NCBI GenBank assembly: GCA_031396445.1
Contig: JANNKU010000149.1
Span: 30,975 to 94,974, forward strand
Reading direction: 5' to 3'
DNA length: 64,000 nucleotides
DNA from: Deltaproteobacteria bacterium
Lineage (GTDB): Bacteria > Myxococcota_A > UBA9160 > PR03
Shown here: piece after piece, positions 38,058 through 47,575 of the stretch
Layout of the letters: every line of letters starts with the position of its first letter
Position numbering within the stretch: position 1 is the stretch's first letter
Notes under the pieces: generated by a model
Seen by the model: the letters and a program-made list of their open reading frames with translations, nothing else
What the model was told of the DNA's origin: nothing
Database searches by the model: none
Program-made: the position numbers and the translations under genes

Positions 38058-38179
38058 GCCCGCCCCTCCCTTTGGCGAAGGGCCAAGCTACCCCATCCGC
38101 ATCGCGCACAGATCGCTCGTGAAGATCAACCGGCTCGCCGATGATGAGCGTTCGAACCCCAGCCAGGGATGGACACACG

Positions 38180-39829
38180 ATGCGCGATGGCCTGCTCTCC
38201 TTCACTCGTCGCCAGCTCGGATGGTCGGTGCTGCTCGGACTGCTCTTGCTCAGCCCGGCATCGAATGTACTGGCGCAGACCAACACGCGATTCGTCGTGA
38301 TCAACCAGACCGGTCACTCCGACGCGCAGGTCCACATGAAATTCCTCGGCCCCGAGATCGGTGCGTCCGCGACCGCGCAGACCTATGGCCCAGGTCATCC
38401 GCTCCACACCGGAAGTACGAGTTCGTCGTACTCCTACAGCCTGCAGGAAATGCGCGCGACGGTTCCGAACACGCCATATGCGAGCATTTCGGTTCCGACC
38501 TTCGCGATCAACGATTTCCTCGGTGGCAGGATCTACTTCAGCATCGGCTTTCAACTCGAGTCCGTGGATCCGCCCGCTGCCGGAACGATCGGCGCTGCCG
38601 ACTACAACGTCGTCTACCACTACGTCGAGACCTACACCGGGGGATCCGGCGCCAACAACATCGACGTCTCGTACGTGGACTTCGTCGGCATCCCGATCGA
38701 CATGGCCGCGCGCAACGGCAATGGGACGCTCTACTCGTATCCGAGCGGCAAGAACCCGCAGTCGTCCGCGGCGGGATCGACGATGTTCGACCACCTGATC
38801 ACGAGCGGCGTTCCGGCGTCGGCGATTGCTCCGGCAGTGACCGGTGGCACCGCGCGGATTTCGTCGCCGTCTCTTGGTGGTGTCACCGGCTATCACGATT
38901 GGACCGCGCTCTTCACCTACCTGAAGAACACGTGGACATCGCCCATCTCCGTTGCCAGCTACAAGGTTCCAGTGGGTGAGCCGCTGTCCACCGTACTCTT
39001 CGGTTACAGCGGCGGCGGCATCCCGGTCGATCCTTTTGATCCGCTCTTCCTGATCGAGCAGGACTACAGCTTCACCGCGACCGTCATGGACGACTTGAAT
39101 CCCGGCGGCGCCAACGCGCGGATCCCGGGTCTCGCAGGCATCGCGGGTGTCAAGCTGCATGGCGCGGGCGGAACCTATGGCGCAACGACGGGCACCGGCG
39201 CCTTCGACATCTACATCCAGCAATCCGACCTCGATGCACCGACGGGAATCTACGGAAACAACCCTGCCTACACGGTGGATTGGACCGGGCGTCCAGTGCT
39301 CGATGGCGGACCGATCGCGTTCCCCGCGAGCACCGGCATCGTCGATGATCTCACCGGCCGCATCGTCGGCGATCTGCTCGCCGGCATCACCTTCGGGTGG
39401 ACCGGCAACGCCACGAACATTGCGAATCACGCGACGGCGACCAGCTTCGACCTTCCGACCGATATCACGGAAGAGCGGATCGGCGACCTCGGCACCGGCA
39501 AATACTTCTACTTGCTCTCGCTGCAGGACTCGACCGCAAAGTTGGCGGAGTGGTTCGGCAGCGGCATCTCGGCGACGCCGGACTTCTACGACACCTATGG
39601 CAACGCCTTCGCCGCCGATACCACCGCCTACACCATGCCGTTTGGCGATCGCCTGCAGGGAAGCGTGACGCCGTCCATCTGGTGGGATGCCGCCGGCCTG
39701 GCCGGTCAGGATGGCTATCTCGAAATCACGCTGCTGCCGGGTGCGTACGCTGCGCCGGAACCCGCATCGGTGTCGCTCCTGCTGAGCGCGTGGCTGGCTC
39801 TCGCCGCGATTGCGAGACGCGCGCGCTAG
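38180..39829 (+). CDS. Secreted GH64/beta-1,3-glucanase-like protein with PEP-CTERM anchor
   Basis: Signal peptide MRDGLLSFTRRQLGWSVLLGLLLLSPASNVLAQ. RFVVINQTG, GGRIYFSIG and YHYVETY...IDVSYVDFVGIPID recall GH64/thaumatin-like glucanases, although this is unverified. The C-terminus APEPASVSLLLSAWLALAAIARRAR is a PEP-CTERM signal. Confidence 0.68.
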   Translation: MRDGLLSFTRRQLGWSVLLGLLLLSPASNVLAQTNTRFVVINQTGHSDAQVHMKFLGPEIGASATAQTYGPGHPLHTGSTSSSYSYSLQEMRATVPNTPYASISVPTFAINDFLGGRIYFSIGFQLESVDPPAAGTIGAADYNVVYHYVETYTGGSGANNIDVSYVDFVGIPIDMAARNGNGTLYSYPSGKNPQSSAAGSTMFDHLITSGVPASAIAPAVTGGTARISSPSLGGVTGYHDWTALFTYLKNTWTSPISVASYKVPVGEPLSTVLFGYSGGGIPVDPFDPLFLIEQDYSFTATVMDDLNPGGANARIPGLAGIAGVKLHGAGGTYGATTGTGAFDIYIQQSDLDAPTGIYGNNPAYTVDWTGRPVLDGGPIAFPASTGIVDDLTGRIVGDLLAGITFGWTGNATNIANHATATSFDLPTDITEERIGDLGTGKYFYLLSLQDSTAKLAEWFGSGISATPDFYDTYGNAFAADTTAYTMPFGDRLQGSVTPSIWWDAAGLAGQDGYLEITLLPGAYAAPEPASVSLLLSAWLALAAIARRAR

Positions 39830-40734
39830 TTGCCGAGTGCGCGGGCCGCTCTGCGCAGGCTCGCGACCGGCACACCGAGACGCCGACACGCGTCGGAGGG
39901 CGGACTCGTGCGCGGCACGACGCGCTCACCGAGTCGCCCGAGCGCGCGGATCACGCTGCCTTCGAATCGCCGCAAGCCGTAGCGTGCGTCGAGCCCGAGG
40001 ATCTCGCGCGTCCACGGCGGCGTGATCTCCACCGAAGCGCGAATCAGCATCGACTGGAGCCAGCGCAACGGGCCAGGGAAGATCGGCGTGCGGTGCAGGA
40101 TCTCGAGAAACTCGAAGACGATCGCCGAACGCTCGAGCTTGGGTCGCATCGCCGCGAACTGTGCTTCGAGCTCGGCGACCGACGCGGGCGCGCCGACGGC
40201 GCCGTAGAGACGCGCTGCCGGAGCGCCTTCTGCGTAGAAGCGATCGCGCGCCGCGTTCGAGAGCGGCCGAACGAATGCGCAGTACGCCTCGAGGAAGCCG
40301 AAGCTGGCGGTGGCCTGCACCCAATCGAGCAGCTCCGGATCGTCGGCGCGATACGAGACGCCATCCGGTGTCGTTCCCGACACGCGCGCATGCATGCGCG
40401 AGACGCCTGCAATCATCTTCTCAGCGACGCTGCGCGCGCCGTAGACCGTCACCATCGCGGCGAGCCCCGTGCGTTCCATGCGCGTCAGCGGATCGGTGCG
40501 AAAGCTGGTGTGATCCCAGACGCCGGAGCGCACGCGCGGCTCGGCGAGTTCGAGAATCACCGCCGTCACGCCGCCGACGAAGAGCGAGACGGGGTTGCGG
40601 AACACCTGCCACGCTACGCCGTCGTGCGGAGCCAGCGACGCCTCGCCGGCGGGCTGCGTGAAATCGACCGCGACGCCCGTCTCGGGCCGCATCGATGCGC
40701 GCGCTAGCGCCTGGCGGAATGTCGATGCGCTCAT
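39826..40734 (-). CDS. DUF2236 / MpaB-family oxygenase-like protein
   Basis: Starts at MSASTFRQAL (CAT at 40732-40734). Motifs include AVILELAEPRVRSGVWDHTSFRTDPLTRMERT and MHARVSGTTPDGVSYRADDPELLDWV. Its stop overlaps the convergent GH64-like stop in a CTAG. Confidence 0.8.
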   Translation of the reverse strand: MSASTFRQALARASMRPETGVAVDFTQPAGEASLAPHDGVAWQVFRNPVSLFVGGVTAVILELAEPRVRSGVWDHTSFRTDPLTRMERTGLAAMVTVYGARSVAEKMIAGVSRMHARVSGTTPDGVSYRADDPELLDWVQATASFGFLEAYCAFVRPLSNAARDRFYAEGAPAARLYGAVGAPASVAELEAQFAAMRPKLERSAIVFEFLEILHRTPIFPGPLRWLQSMLIRASVEITPPWTREILGLDARYGLRRFEGSVIRALGRLGERVVPRTSPPSDACRRLGVPVASLRRAARALGN

Positions 40735-40824
40735 CGTGCGCAGAGTATCAGCGAAGAGCCGAGCCGCACCCTTCGATTGTTTTGCGCAGCCGCCTCGCGA
40801 ATCGACGGTAGAGTGCCGGGCGCC

Positions 40825-43800
40825 ATGAACTGCAACGCCTGCGGCCACGCGAATCCCGAGCGAACGAAGTTCTGTCTCGAATGCGGAACGCCCGTCGCCA
40901 TGCGGTGTAAAAGCTGCGGCAGCGCGTTGCCGCCGGCTGCGAAGTTCTGCGGAGAGTGCGGAGCGAAGACCATCGCGGCGGACGCCACCGCGCCACTGGT
41001 GTCCGCCGCCGCACGCTCGCCCCTCGACTACACGCCGCGCCATCTCGCCGAGCGGATCTTGCAATCGCGCTCCGCCGTCGAAGGCGAGCGCAAGCAGGTG
41101 ACCGTACTGTTCGCGGACGTGAAGGGATCGCTGTCACTCGCCGAGCAGATCGGCGCCGAAGCCTGGCACGCGATTCTCGAACGCTTCTTCGAGATTCTCG
41201 CCGACGGCGTGCACCGCTTCGAAGGCACCGTCAACCAATACACGGGCGACGGCGTCATGGCGCTGTTCGGCGCGCCGATCGCGCATGAGGATCACGCACA
41301 GCGCGCCTGTTACGCGGCGTTGCACCTGCTCGAACGCCTGCGCGAATTCGCGCGCGCGGTGCGGCGCGAGCACGGCCTCGATTTCGCGACGCGCATCGGC
41401 ATGAACTCCGGCGAAGTCGTGGTGGGCAAGATCGGCGACGACCTGCGCATGGACTACACCGCACAGGGCCACACGGTGGGCCTCGCCCAGCGCGTCGAAT
41501 CGCTGGCGGAAGCGGATGCGTGTTTTTTGTCGCAGGCCACGGCCGATCTCGTGACGGGATTCTTCGCGCTCGAAGATCTCGGCGACTTCCGCGTCAAGGG
41601 CAGCGCGGAGCCATTGCATGTATTCCGACTCGCGGGCGTTGGCAGCGCGCGCAATCGCTTCGATGTGTCGCGCTCCCGCGGACTGTCGCGCTTCGTCGGT
41701 CGCGCGTCCGAGGTGCGCACGCTCGAAGCCGCGCTCGCGGCGGCGCGCGCCGGCCACGGCGCCGTGGTCGGCGTCGTCGCGCAGGCCGGCACCGGCAAGA
41801 GCAGGCTCTGCTACGAGTTCCTCGAGTCGTGTCGCGCGGCGGGCTTCAATGTTCACGAAGGTCGCGCCGTGGCGCACGGCAAGAGCATCCCGCTGATCCC
41901 GATCCTCGAGATCTTCCGCTCCTACTTCGCGATCGGCGATCGCGACGATGATCGCTTGGCGCGCGAGAAGATCGCCGGCCGGCTGTTGCTGCTCGACGAA
42001 GCCTTCCGCGACGTGCTGCCGGTGCTCTTCGATTTCCTCGGCGTGGCCGACCCCACCGTGCCGCTGCCGCGCATGGAGGCGGAGGCGCGCCAGCGCCAAC
42101 TGCAAAGTGTGTCGCGGCGGCTGCTGCAGCAATCGACCGCCGAGCGACCCGGCCTGATGATGATCGAAGACCTGCACTGGCTCGACGGCGCGAGCGAAGC
42201 GTGGCTGCGCGATTGGGTCGATGCCGTCTCCGGTACGCACGGCCTGCTGCTCGTGAACTACCGCCCCGAATATCGAGCTGAGTGGATGCAGCGCTCGCAC
42301 GTGCAGCAGATCGCGCTCGCGCCGCTCGGCGCCGAGGCGATCCGCGAGTTGCTCGGCGATCTGCTCGGCGCCGATCCGAGCACCGCGGGGCTGGCGGACG
42401 CCATCTACACACGCAGCGGTGGCAACCCGTTCTTTGCAGAAGAAATCGTGCGCTCGCTGATCGAGTCCGCCCATCTCGAGGGCAAGCGCGGTGGCTACCG
42501 GCTCGTGACGCCAATCGACAAGCTGGCCGTACCGAACTCCGTGCAGGCGCTGCTCGCGGCGCGCATCGACCGGCTGCCCGAGCGCGAGAAGCGCGTGCTG
42601 CAAACCGCAGCGGTGATCGGCAAGGATTTCCGCGGGCCGATCCTCGAGCAGGTGATCGATCTCACGTCGAACGAGTTGGCCGAGAGTCTCGCGGCGCTGC
42701 GCAATGCGGAGTTCGTCTACGAGGAGTCGCTCTACCCGATCGCCGCGTATTCGTTCAAGCACCCGCTGACGCAGGAGGTGGCGCTCGCGTCGTTGCTCCG
42801 CGAGCGGCGACGCGCGGCGCATCTGGCGGTTGCAGGCGCGACCGAGAGCTTCGACGCGGACAGCCTCGACGAGCAGGCTGCGCTGCTCGCGCATCACTAC
42901 GGCGAGGCGGGGCGTCCGCTCGACGCCGCACGGTGGCACGCGCGCGCGGCTGGCTTCATCGCTCCGAGCGACTCCGCCGAAGCAGCGCGGCATTGGAATT
43001 GCGCTCGCGAGCTGTTGCGCGAGGCGCCGGACGAGCCGGCGGCCGCGAGCCTTGGCGCTTCGGTGTGTCGTGCGCTCCTCGCGGTGAGCGTTCGCTTCGG
43101 ACTCACATCGGAAGACGCCCGCCAGATCTTCGAGGAGGGTCTCCGCTGGGCCGAGGCCACCGGCGAGCCGCTCGACACAGCACTGATGCACCAGGGGCTG
43201 TCGGTCCACGAAGTTGCGAATCTGCAGATCGACTCCGCGCTCGAGCACGCCGCCGCGTTCGAACGGGTGGTGCGCGTCGCGCCGGACGCGGAGCTACGCG
43301 CGATGGCGCACTGGCCTTCGCTCGCGCCACTGCTGGTGCGCGGAGATCTCGCCGCGTTGCATGCGCGTGCTGCCGAGCAGATCGAGTGGACACGCGAGCA
43401 TCTCGAATGGGGCTTGCGCGACTGGGGCTTCACCATCCACGTCGGCGCGCTGCTCGAGCTGAGTCGCGCCGAGAGCTTCGACGGCTCGCTGGTCCGCGCG
43501 CGCGTAATTCTCGAAAGTGGCGCCGAGATCTCGCGCAGCGTCGGCGACCGCGTATTCGAGGGAATGTGCCTCGGTTGGATCGCCACCATCGCCTGTCGCG
43601 CCGGCGAGCCCGAGCAAGGCCTGGTTGTGGCGCAGCGCTACGTCGAACACACCGAGCGATTCTTCTCCGGGTTCCGCGCCGCCGCCTACGCGCAGCTCGC
43701 CGAAAACCTGCTGCTGACCGGACAGACCGCGACGGCGATCGCGACGATCGAGCATGCCGAGTCGCTCGGCGATTCGAGCAAGCTGTCGCAGTTGACTCTG

Positions 43801-44190
43801 TTGCGGACGGCGGCACAGGTGCGACTCGCCAACGGGGAGATCGCGCGCGCACGCGCCGCGGCCGAGCTCGCCTTCGCTCGCTCGCTCGATGCCGGCGCGC
43901 GCCTTCTCGCGGTGGAAGCCGCACTCGCGCTGTCGTCCATCATTCGCGCGCAAGGCGACACGAGTGAAGTCGCGCGCATCGAAGCCATCCTCGCGACCGC
44001 CGATCGGCTGATCGCGGAGACCGGCGCGCGCAACCTCGCACCTCTGCTGCTGCTCGAACGCGTGGCGCTGCTCGCGCGTCCCGAGGACGCTTCTCTGCGT
44101 CGCGCACTGCTACAGCACGCGCACGACGACTTCGTTCGCATGGGCGCAACGGGCCATGTGCGGGAGATCGGGCGTATGCTGAACGCGTGA
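40825..44190 (+). CDS. Double zinc-ribbon / class III cyclase / STAND P-loop NTPase / TPR protein (paralog 3)
   Basis: Begins MNCNACGHANPERTKFCLECG...CKSCGSALPPAAKFCGECGA. It carries ERKQVTVLFADVKGS, YTGDGVMALFGAP, Walker A AQAGTGKSRL and MMIEDLHWLD, followed by a helical-repeat C-terminus. Confidence 0.92.
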   Translation: MNCNACGHANPERTKFCLECGTPVAMRCKSCGSALPPAAKFCGECGAKTIAADATAPLVSAAARSPLDYTPRHLAERILQSRSAVEGERKQVTVLFADVKGSLSLAEQIGAEAWHAILERFFEILADGVHRFEGTVNQYTGDGVMALFGAPIAHEDHAQRACYAALHLLERLREFARAVRREHGLDFATRIGMNSGEVVVGKIGDDLRMDYTAQGHTVGLAQRVESLAEADACFLSQATADLVTGFFALEDLGDFRVKGSAEPLHVFRLAGVGSARNRFDVSRSRGLSRFVGRASEVRTLEAALAAARAGHGAVVGVVAQAGTGKSRLCYEFLESCRAAGFNVHEGRAVAHGKSIPLIPILEIFRSYFAIGDRDDDRLAREKIAGRLLLLDEAFRDVLPVLFDFLGVADPTVPLPRMEAEARQRQLQSVSRRLLQQSTAERPGLMMIEDLHWLDGASEAWLRDWVDAVSGTHGLLLVNYRPEYRAEWMQRSHVQQIALAPLGAEAIRELLGDLLGADPSTAGLADAIYTRSGGNPFFAEEIVRSLIESAHLEGKRGGYRLVTPIDKLAVPNSVQALLAARIDRLPEREKRVLQTAAVIGKDFRGPILEQVIDLTSNELAESLAALRNAEFVYEESLYPIAAYSFKHPLTQEVALASLLRERRRAAHLAVAGATESFDADSLDEQAALLAHHYGEAGRPLDAARWHARAAGFIAPSDSAEAARHWNCARELLREAPDEPAAASLGASVCRALLAVSVRFGLTSEDARQIFEEGLRWAEATGEPLDTALMHQGLSVHEVANLQIDSALEHAAAFERVVRVAPDAELRAMAHWPSLAPLLVRGDLAALHARAAEQIEWTREHLEWGLRDWGFTIHVGALLELSRAESFDGSLVRARVILESGAEISRSVGDRVFEGMCLGWIATIACRAGEPEQGLVVAQRYVEHTERFFSGFRAAAYAQLAENLLLTGQTATAIATIEHAESLGDSSKLSQLTLLRTAAQVRLANGEIARARAAAELAFARSLDAGARLLAVEAALALSSIIRAQGDTSEVARIEAILATADRLIAETGARNLAPLLLLERVALLARPEDASLRRALLQHAHDDFVRMGATGHVREIGRMLNA

Positions 44191-44279
44191 CGGTCGCCTC
44201 GGCCCGACGCGTGCGAGAGTCACGTCGGATGAACATTGTTCGATCGCCTGCCACGCCTATAGGGTTGGAGGACTCCATC

Positions 44280-47200
44280 ATGCGCGCGACCCATTCCCCG
44301 CTCTGCCACTCCGCTCGCCTCTCCTGCGCGTTTGCAGTGCTGGCTGTGCTCGCGGCCGCGACTCCCGCCGCCGGCTACGTCGAGCCGCAGGCCACCGCGC
44401 TCGGCCGGCTGCGCGCCGCCTCGGCAACGCCCGTCGATGCGCGCTTCGCGGGCGGCTTCCCGCGTTCGCTGCGGCTCGATGTCGCCGCGCCGGTCGGCGC
44501 CACGCCCACCGTGCGAGCCCGACGCTTCCTCACGGAGTGGCAGGACGTCTTCTCGCAGAACCATCCCGATCTCGCGCTGCATCCGATCGGGGCCGCAAGC
44601 GCCGAGCAGGAAGTCGTCGCGTTTTCCCAGAGCTTCCGCGGCATCCCGGTCTTCGGCGCGCAGATCGCGGTCGGAATGCAACCGAGCGCCGTCGCTACGA
44701 CGCGCATCACCTTCACCGCCGGCTGGCTGTTGCCTGCGTTCCCCAACATCGAAGAGGTCGAGATCGTCCCGTGTATCACGCCGCAATCGGCGGAGGACGC
44801 CGCGCGTCTGGCGCTCGGACGGCTCGACGCGCCGGTCGTCAGCGAGACCGCGCTGATGCTCTTCACGCGCGCCGCGCTCGGCGAAGCCAACTCGCCTGCA
44901 CCCCGCCTCGTCTATCGCGTGACGCTCGGCGGTGGCGCGTCGATGCAGTTCCTGGTCGATGCGGAGACGCTGGAGATCGCATTCCAGCATTCGCTCGTCT
45001 ACGACGGCGCCGGTCTCGACGACTACGACGCCGACTTCGAGGACGCCAACGGCGGCACGCTCTTCTCCAACAACTGCTTCGAAGGCACCACGATCGACGA
45101 CGACATCGGCAGCGAGAGCGGGCTCGACGACGCCTACGAAAGCGATCCCGAGGCCGTCGCACTCTGGTGGCACACACGCGACACCTATCTCGCCTATCAC
45201 AACCAACTCGGCCGCCACTCCTGGGACGACGACGACGCCGAGATCCGGGTCTACACGCACATCGGAACCGACCCGCCGGGCAACGACCCGAACGCCACCT
45301 ACAACCCCACCTGTGACGCAATCGAGTTTCACGACGACTACGTCGGGCTCGACGTCGTGGCGCACGAGTTCACGCACGCGGTGATCGAGCACTCGATCTC
45401 GAACCTGACCTACCAGAATCAATCGGGCGCGCTGAACGAAGCCTTCGCCGACTCGATGGCGGCGCTCATCGTCGATACCGGCGACTGGCTGATGGCCGAG
45501 GGACTGCTGAACGGCCAGGGTCCGATCCGCTCGATGGCAGATCCGCTGACGGGGCAATGCGACAGCCCGAACGGTCCGGTGGGCCTCGGCGATTGCAACG
45601 ACGCGGATCGCATGTCTCTCTTCGTCGTCACCAGCTCGGACAACGGCGGCGTACACAGCAACAGCGGCATCCAGAACAAGGCGACCTTCCTGATGGCGGA
45701 CGGCGGCGCGTTCAACGGCCGCAACGTCGTCGGCATGGGTCGCACCAAGACGGCGCGCCTCGTCTACTTCCTGACGCGCTTCTTGCAACCCACCAACGCG
45801 AACTTCCTCGACGCGCGCAATCTCGCGGTCTCGACGGCGCAGAACTTCGTGAACCTCGGGTACCACGGCTTCAATGCGGCGAACCTCTGCACCGTGCGCA
45901 ACGCGTATGCCGCGGTCGAGATCGGCGAGGGCGATGTCGATTGCGATGGCGTCGAGGACTTTTCCGACGACGGCGACGCCGACGGCGTCTTCGATGATGA
46001 AGACAACTGCCCGAACGCGTCGAACCCGTCGCAGACCGATTTCGACAACGACGACATCGGCGACGCCTGCGACAGCGATGCCGACAACGACGGCATTCCG
46101 ACGGGCAGCGACAACTGCCCGCTGGTCCCGAGCAACTGGTACGAGAACGGCGATCCGGACGGCGACGGTCTCGGTCGCCGCTGCGATCCCGACGACGACA
46201 ACGACGGCATCCCCGACAACGGCGGCCCGCTTCCGTGCACGACGGGCCAGGCCATCGGCTGCGACGACAACTGCATCGAGGACCCGAACCCGACACAATT
46301 CGACGGCAACAACAACGGCGAAGGCGACGCCTGCGATCCCGATCAGGACGGCGACGGCCTCTACGTCGAGGAAGACAACTGCACCTTCGTCTCGAATGCC
46401 GATCAGGCCAACGCCGACGGCGACGAGTACGGTGACGCCTGCGACGACTGCCCGAACGACGACGATGTGATCTACGCCTACACACCCGGCATCCCGGAGC
46501 TCGGCATCGATCCGCAGCCGTATCAGCCCGACAGCGACGGCGACGGCATCCCCGACACCTGTGACAGCTTCGGCTTCCGCGAGGTCGGCATCGCGGTCGA
46601 CGGTGCGTTCTCGAGCATCGGTGTGTCGCCGAAGCCCGATGGCCGCCGCCGCGCCGTCGAGATCGCCGGACCGCCCGGCGGCTCGGGGCGCATCCCGATC
46701 GACGTGTGTGATCCCGACGCGGATCCCGACGGCTACGCAGCGGGCGAGTACGTCGAGCTCGGCTTCGAAGGCCTCTTGCCCGCCGTGCAAGCGTCGATCG
46801 TCGATGACGAGGGCAATCGCTTCGGGCTCTCGACACGATCGCGTGTCGTCACGGGCGGGCCCGATCGCGGCTTCCGCTGGAAGCCGCGCTGCGACCGCGA
46901 TTGGTTCCTGCAACTCGATCTCGGCCCCGACTTCCCCGGCAACGACACCTTCACACTGGTGCCGCGCGTCGTTGCGGGCGGCGGCGGAACCGACAACCCG
47001 TGGACGTCGATCACCGAATTGATCGCGTTGCCGCCGCCCGATCCGCCGGCCGACGGCGATCGCGATGGCGCCGCCGACAGCACCGACAACTGCCCGCTGC
47101 GCGCGAACCCCGAGCAATACGACGCGGACGGCGACGACGTCGGCGACGTCTGCGACAACTGCTCGCGGCGCGCCAATGCGAACCAGCAGAACACCAATCG

Positions 47201-47426
47201 CGACAACTTCGGCAACGTCTGCGATCCCGATTACAACGACGACGGCCGCGTCGGCATCCCCGACTTCAACGTGCTGCGCGCGCAATTCGGCAAGCGCAGC
47301 GGCGTGCACGCCGACTTCAATCCGAACGTCGACCACAACGGCGACGGCGTGATCGGGCTGCCCGACTTCAACGTGCTGCGCAGCTACTTCGGCCGCGCGC
47401 CGGGACCGGCGGGCGCGTTGCCGTAG
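44280..47426 (+). CDS. Secreted M4 (thermolysin-like) zinc metallopeptidase with TSP3 calcium-binding repeats and C-terminal dockerin-like domain
   Basis: It has a signal peptide and an FTP/PepSY-like propeptide. HEFTH lies at 45363-45377, with GALNEAFADS and GGVHSNSGIQNKATF. Asp-rich DxDxDGxxDxxDNC repeats run from 45933 to 46565, and the shared C-terminal module runs from 47052 to 47426. Confidence 0.9.
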   Translation: MRATHSPLCHSARLSCAFAVLAVLAAATPAAGYVEPQATALGRLRAASATPVDARFAGGFPRSLRLDVAAPVGATPTVRARRFLTEWQDVFSQNHPDLALHPIGAASAEQEVVAFSQSFRGIPVFGAQIAVGMQPSAVATTRITFTAGWLLPAFPNIEEVEIVPCITPQSAEDAARLALGRLDAPVVSETALMLFTRAALGEANSPAPRLVYRVTLGGGASMQFLVDAETLEIAFQHSLVYDGAGLDDYDADFEDANGGTLFSNNCFEGTTIDDDIGSESGLDDAYESDPEAVALWWHTRDTYLAYHNQLGRHSWDDDDAEIRVYTHIGTDPPGNDPNATYNPTCDAIEFHDDYVGLDVVAHEFTHAVIEHSISNLTYQNQSGALNEAFADSMAALIVDTGDWLMAEGLLNGQGPIRSMADPLTGQCDSPNGPVGLGDCNDADRMSLFVVTSSDNGGVHSNSGIQNKATFLMADGGAFNGRNVVGMGRTKTARLVYFLTRFLQPTNANFLDARNLAVSTAQNFVNLGYHGFNAANLCTVRNAYAAVEIGEGDVDCDGVEDFSDDGDADGVFDDEDNCPNASNPSQTDFDNDDIGDACDSDADNDGIPTGSDNCPLVPSNWYENGDPDGDGLGRRCDPDDDNDGIPDNGGPLPCTTGQAIGCDDNCIEDPNPTQFDGNNNGEGDACDPDQDGDGLYVEEDNCTFVSNADQANADGDEYGDACDDCPNDDDVIYAYTPGIPELGIDPQPYQPDSDGDGIPDTCDSFGFREVGIAVDGAFSSIGVSPKPDGRRRAVEIAGPPGGSGRIPIDVCDPDADPDGYAAGEYVELGFEGLLPAVQASIVDDEGNRFGLSTRSRVVTGGPDRGFRWKPRCDRDWFLQLDLGPDFPGNDTFTLVPRVVAGGGGTDNPWTSITELIALPPPDPPADGDRDGAADSTDNCPLRANPEQYDADGDDVGDVCDNCSRRANANQQNTNRDNFGNVCDPDYNDDGRVGIPDFNVLRAQFGKRSGVHADFNPNVDHNGDGVIGLPDFNVLRSYFGRAPGPAGALP
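45933..46565 (+). other. Thrombospondin type-3-like Asp-rich calcium-binding repeat array (coding)
   Basis: The repeats read DCDGVEDFSDDGDADGVFDDEDNCPNASNPSQTDFDNDDIGDACDSDADNDGIPTGSDNCP...DQDGDGLYVEEDNCTFVSNADQANADGDEYGDACDDCPND...DSDGDGIPDTCD. Confidence 0.8.
47211..47426 (+). repeat. Shared 216-nt 3' coding module (dockerin-like + GPAGALP tail), copy 1
   Basis: It aligns without gaps to 49226-49441 and 53407-53622 at visibly high nucleotide identity, with mostly third-position changes. It encodes GNVCDPDYNDDGRVGIPDFNVLRAQFGKRSGVHADFNPNVDHNGDGVIGLPDFNVLRSYFGRAPGPAGALP. Confidence 0.88.
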
Positions 47427-47575
47427 TCGGATGCTTCGCAGGCCGCTCGAACTCTCGCGGTCGCCGCGGCGCGGACTCTGCTGGAGTCTGGGGTATCTAT
47501 CCCCCGCACGCTGACGGCTGGCTTCACGCTGTTGCGGGGCTGTGCGGGTAACCCTGGATTGCAGCGGGAGCAATC

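Noticed and set aside
24591-41110. Repeated units of about 80 nt, considered as a possible CRISPR-like or intergenic repeat family
   Set aside because: All copies lie in-frame at the same position of the cyclase paralogs (the YTPxHLAEKILQSKSALEGERKQ linker). Their spacing is kilobases and irregular, so these are coding paralogy, not CRISPR.
24022-43248. Long antisense ORFs over each cyclase gene (24022-25839, 26464-28374, 29833-32130, 41134-43248)
   Set aside because: Same high-GC artefact. Each overlaps a plus-strand gene with unambiguous cyclase, Walker A and TPR features.
24403-44190. Classifying the cyclases plus cNMP-domain proteins as a Pycsar/CBASS-type antiphage system
   Set aside because: Pycsar cyclases are small stand-alone enzymes adjacent to CAP_ED-TM or CAP_ED-TIR effectors. 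Here the cyclases are fused to STAND-TPR modules, and the CAP_ED proteins are metabolic enzymes located many kb away. A defence role therefore remains pure speculation.
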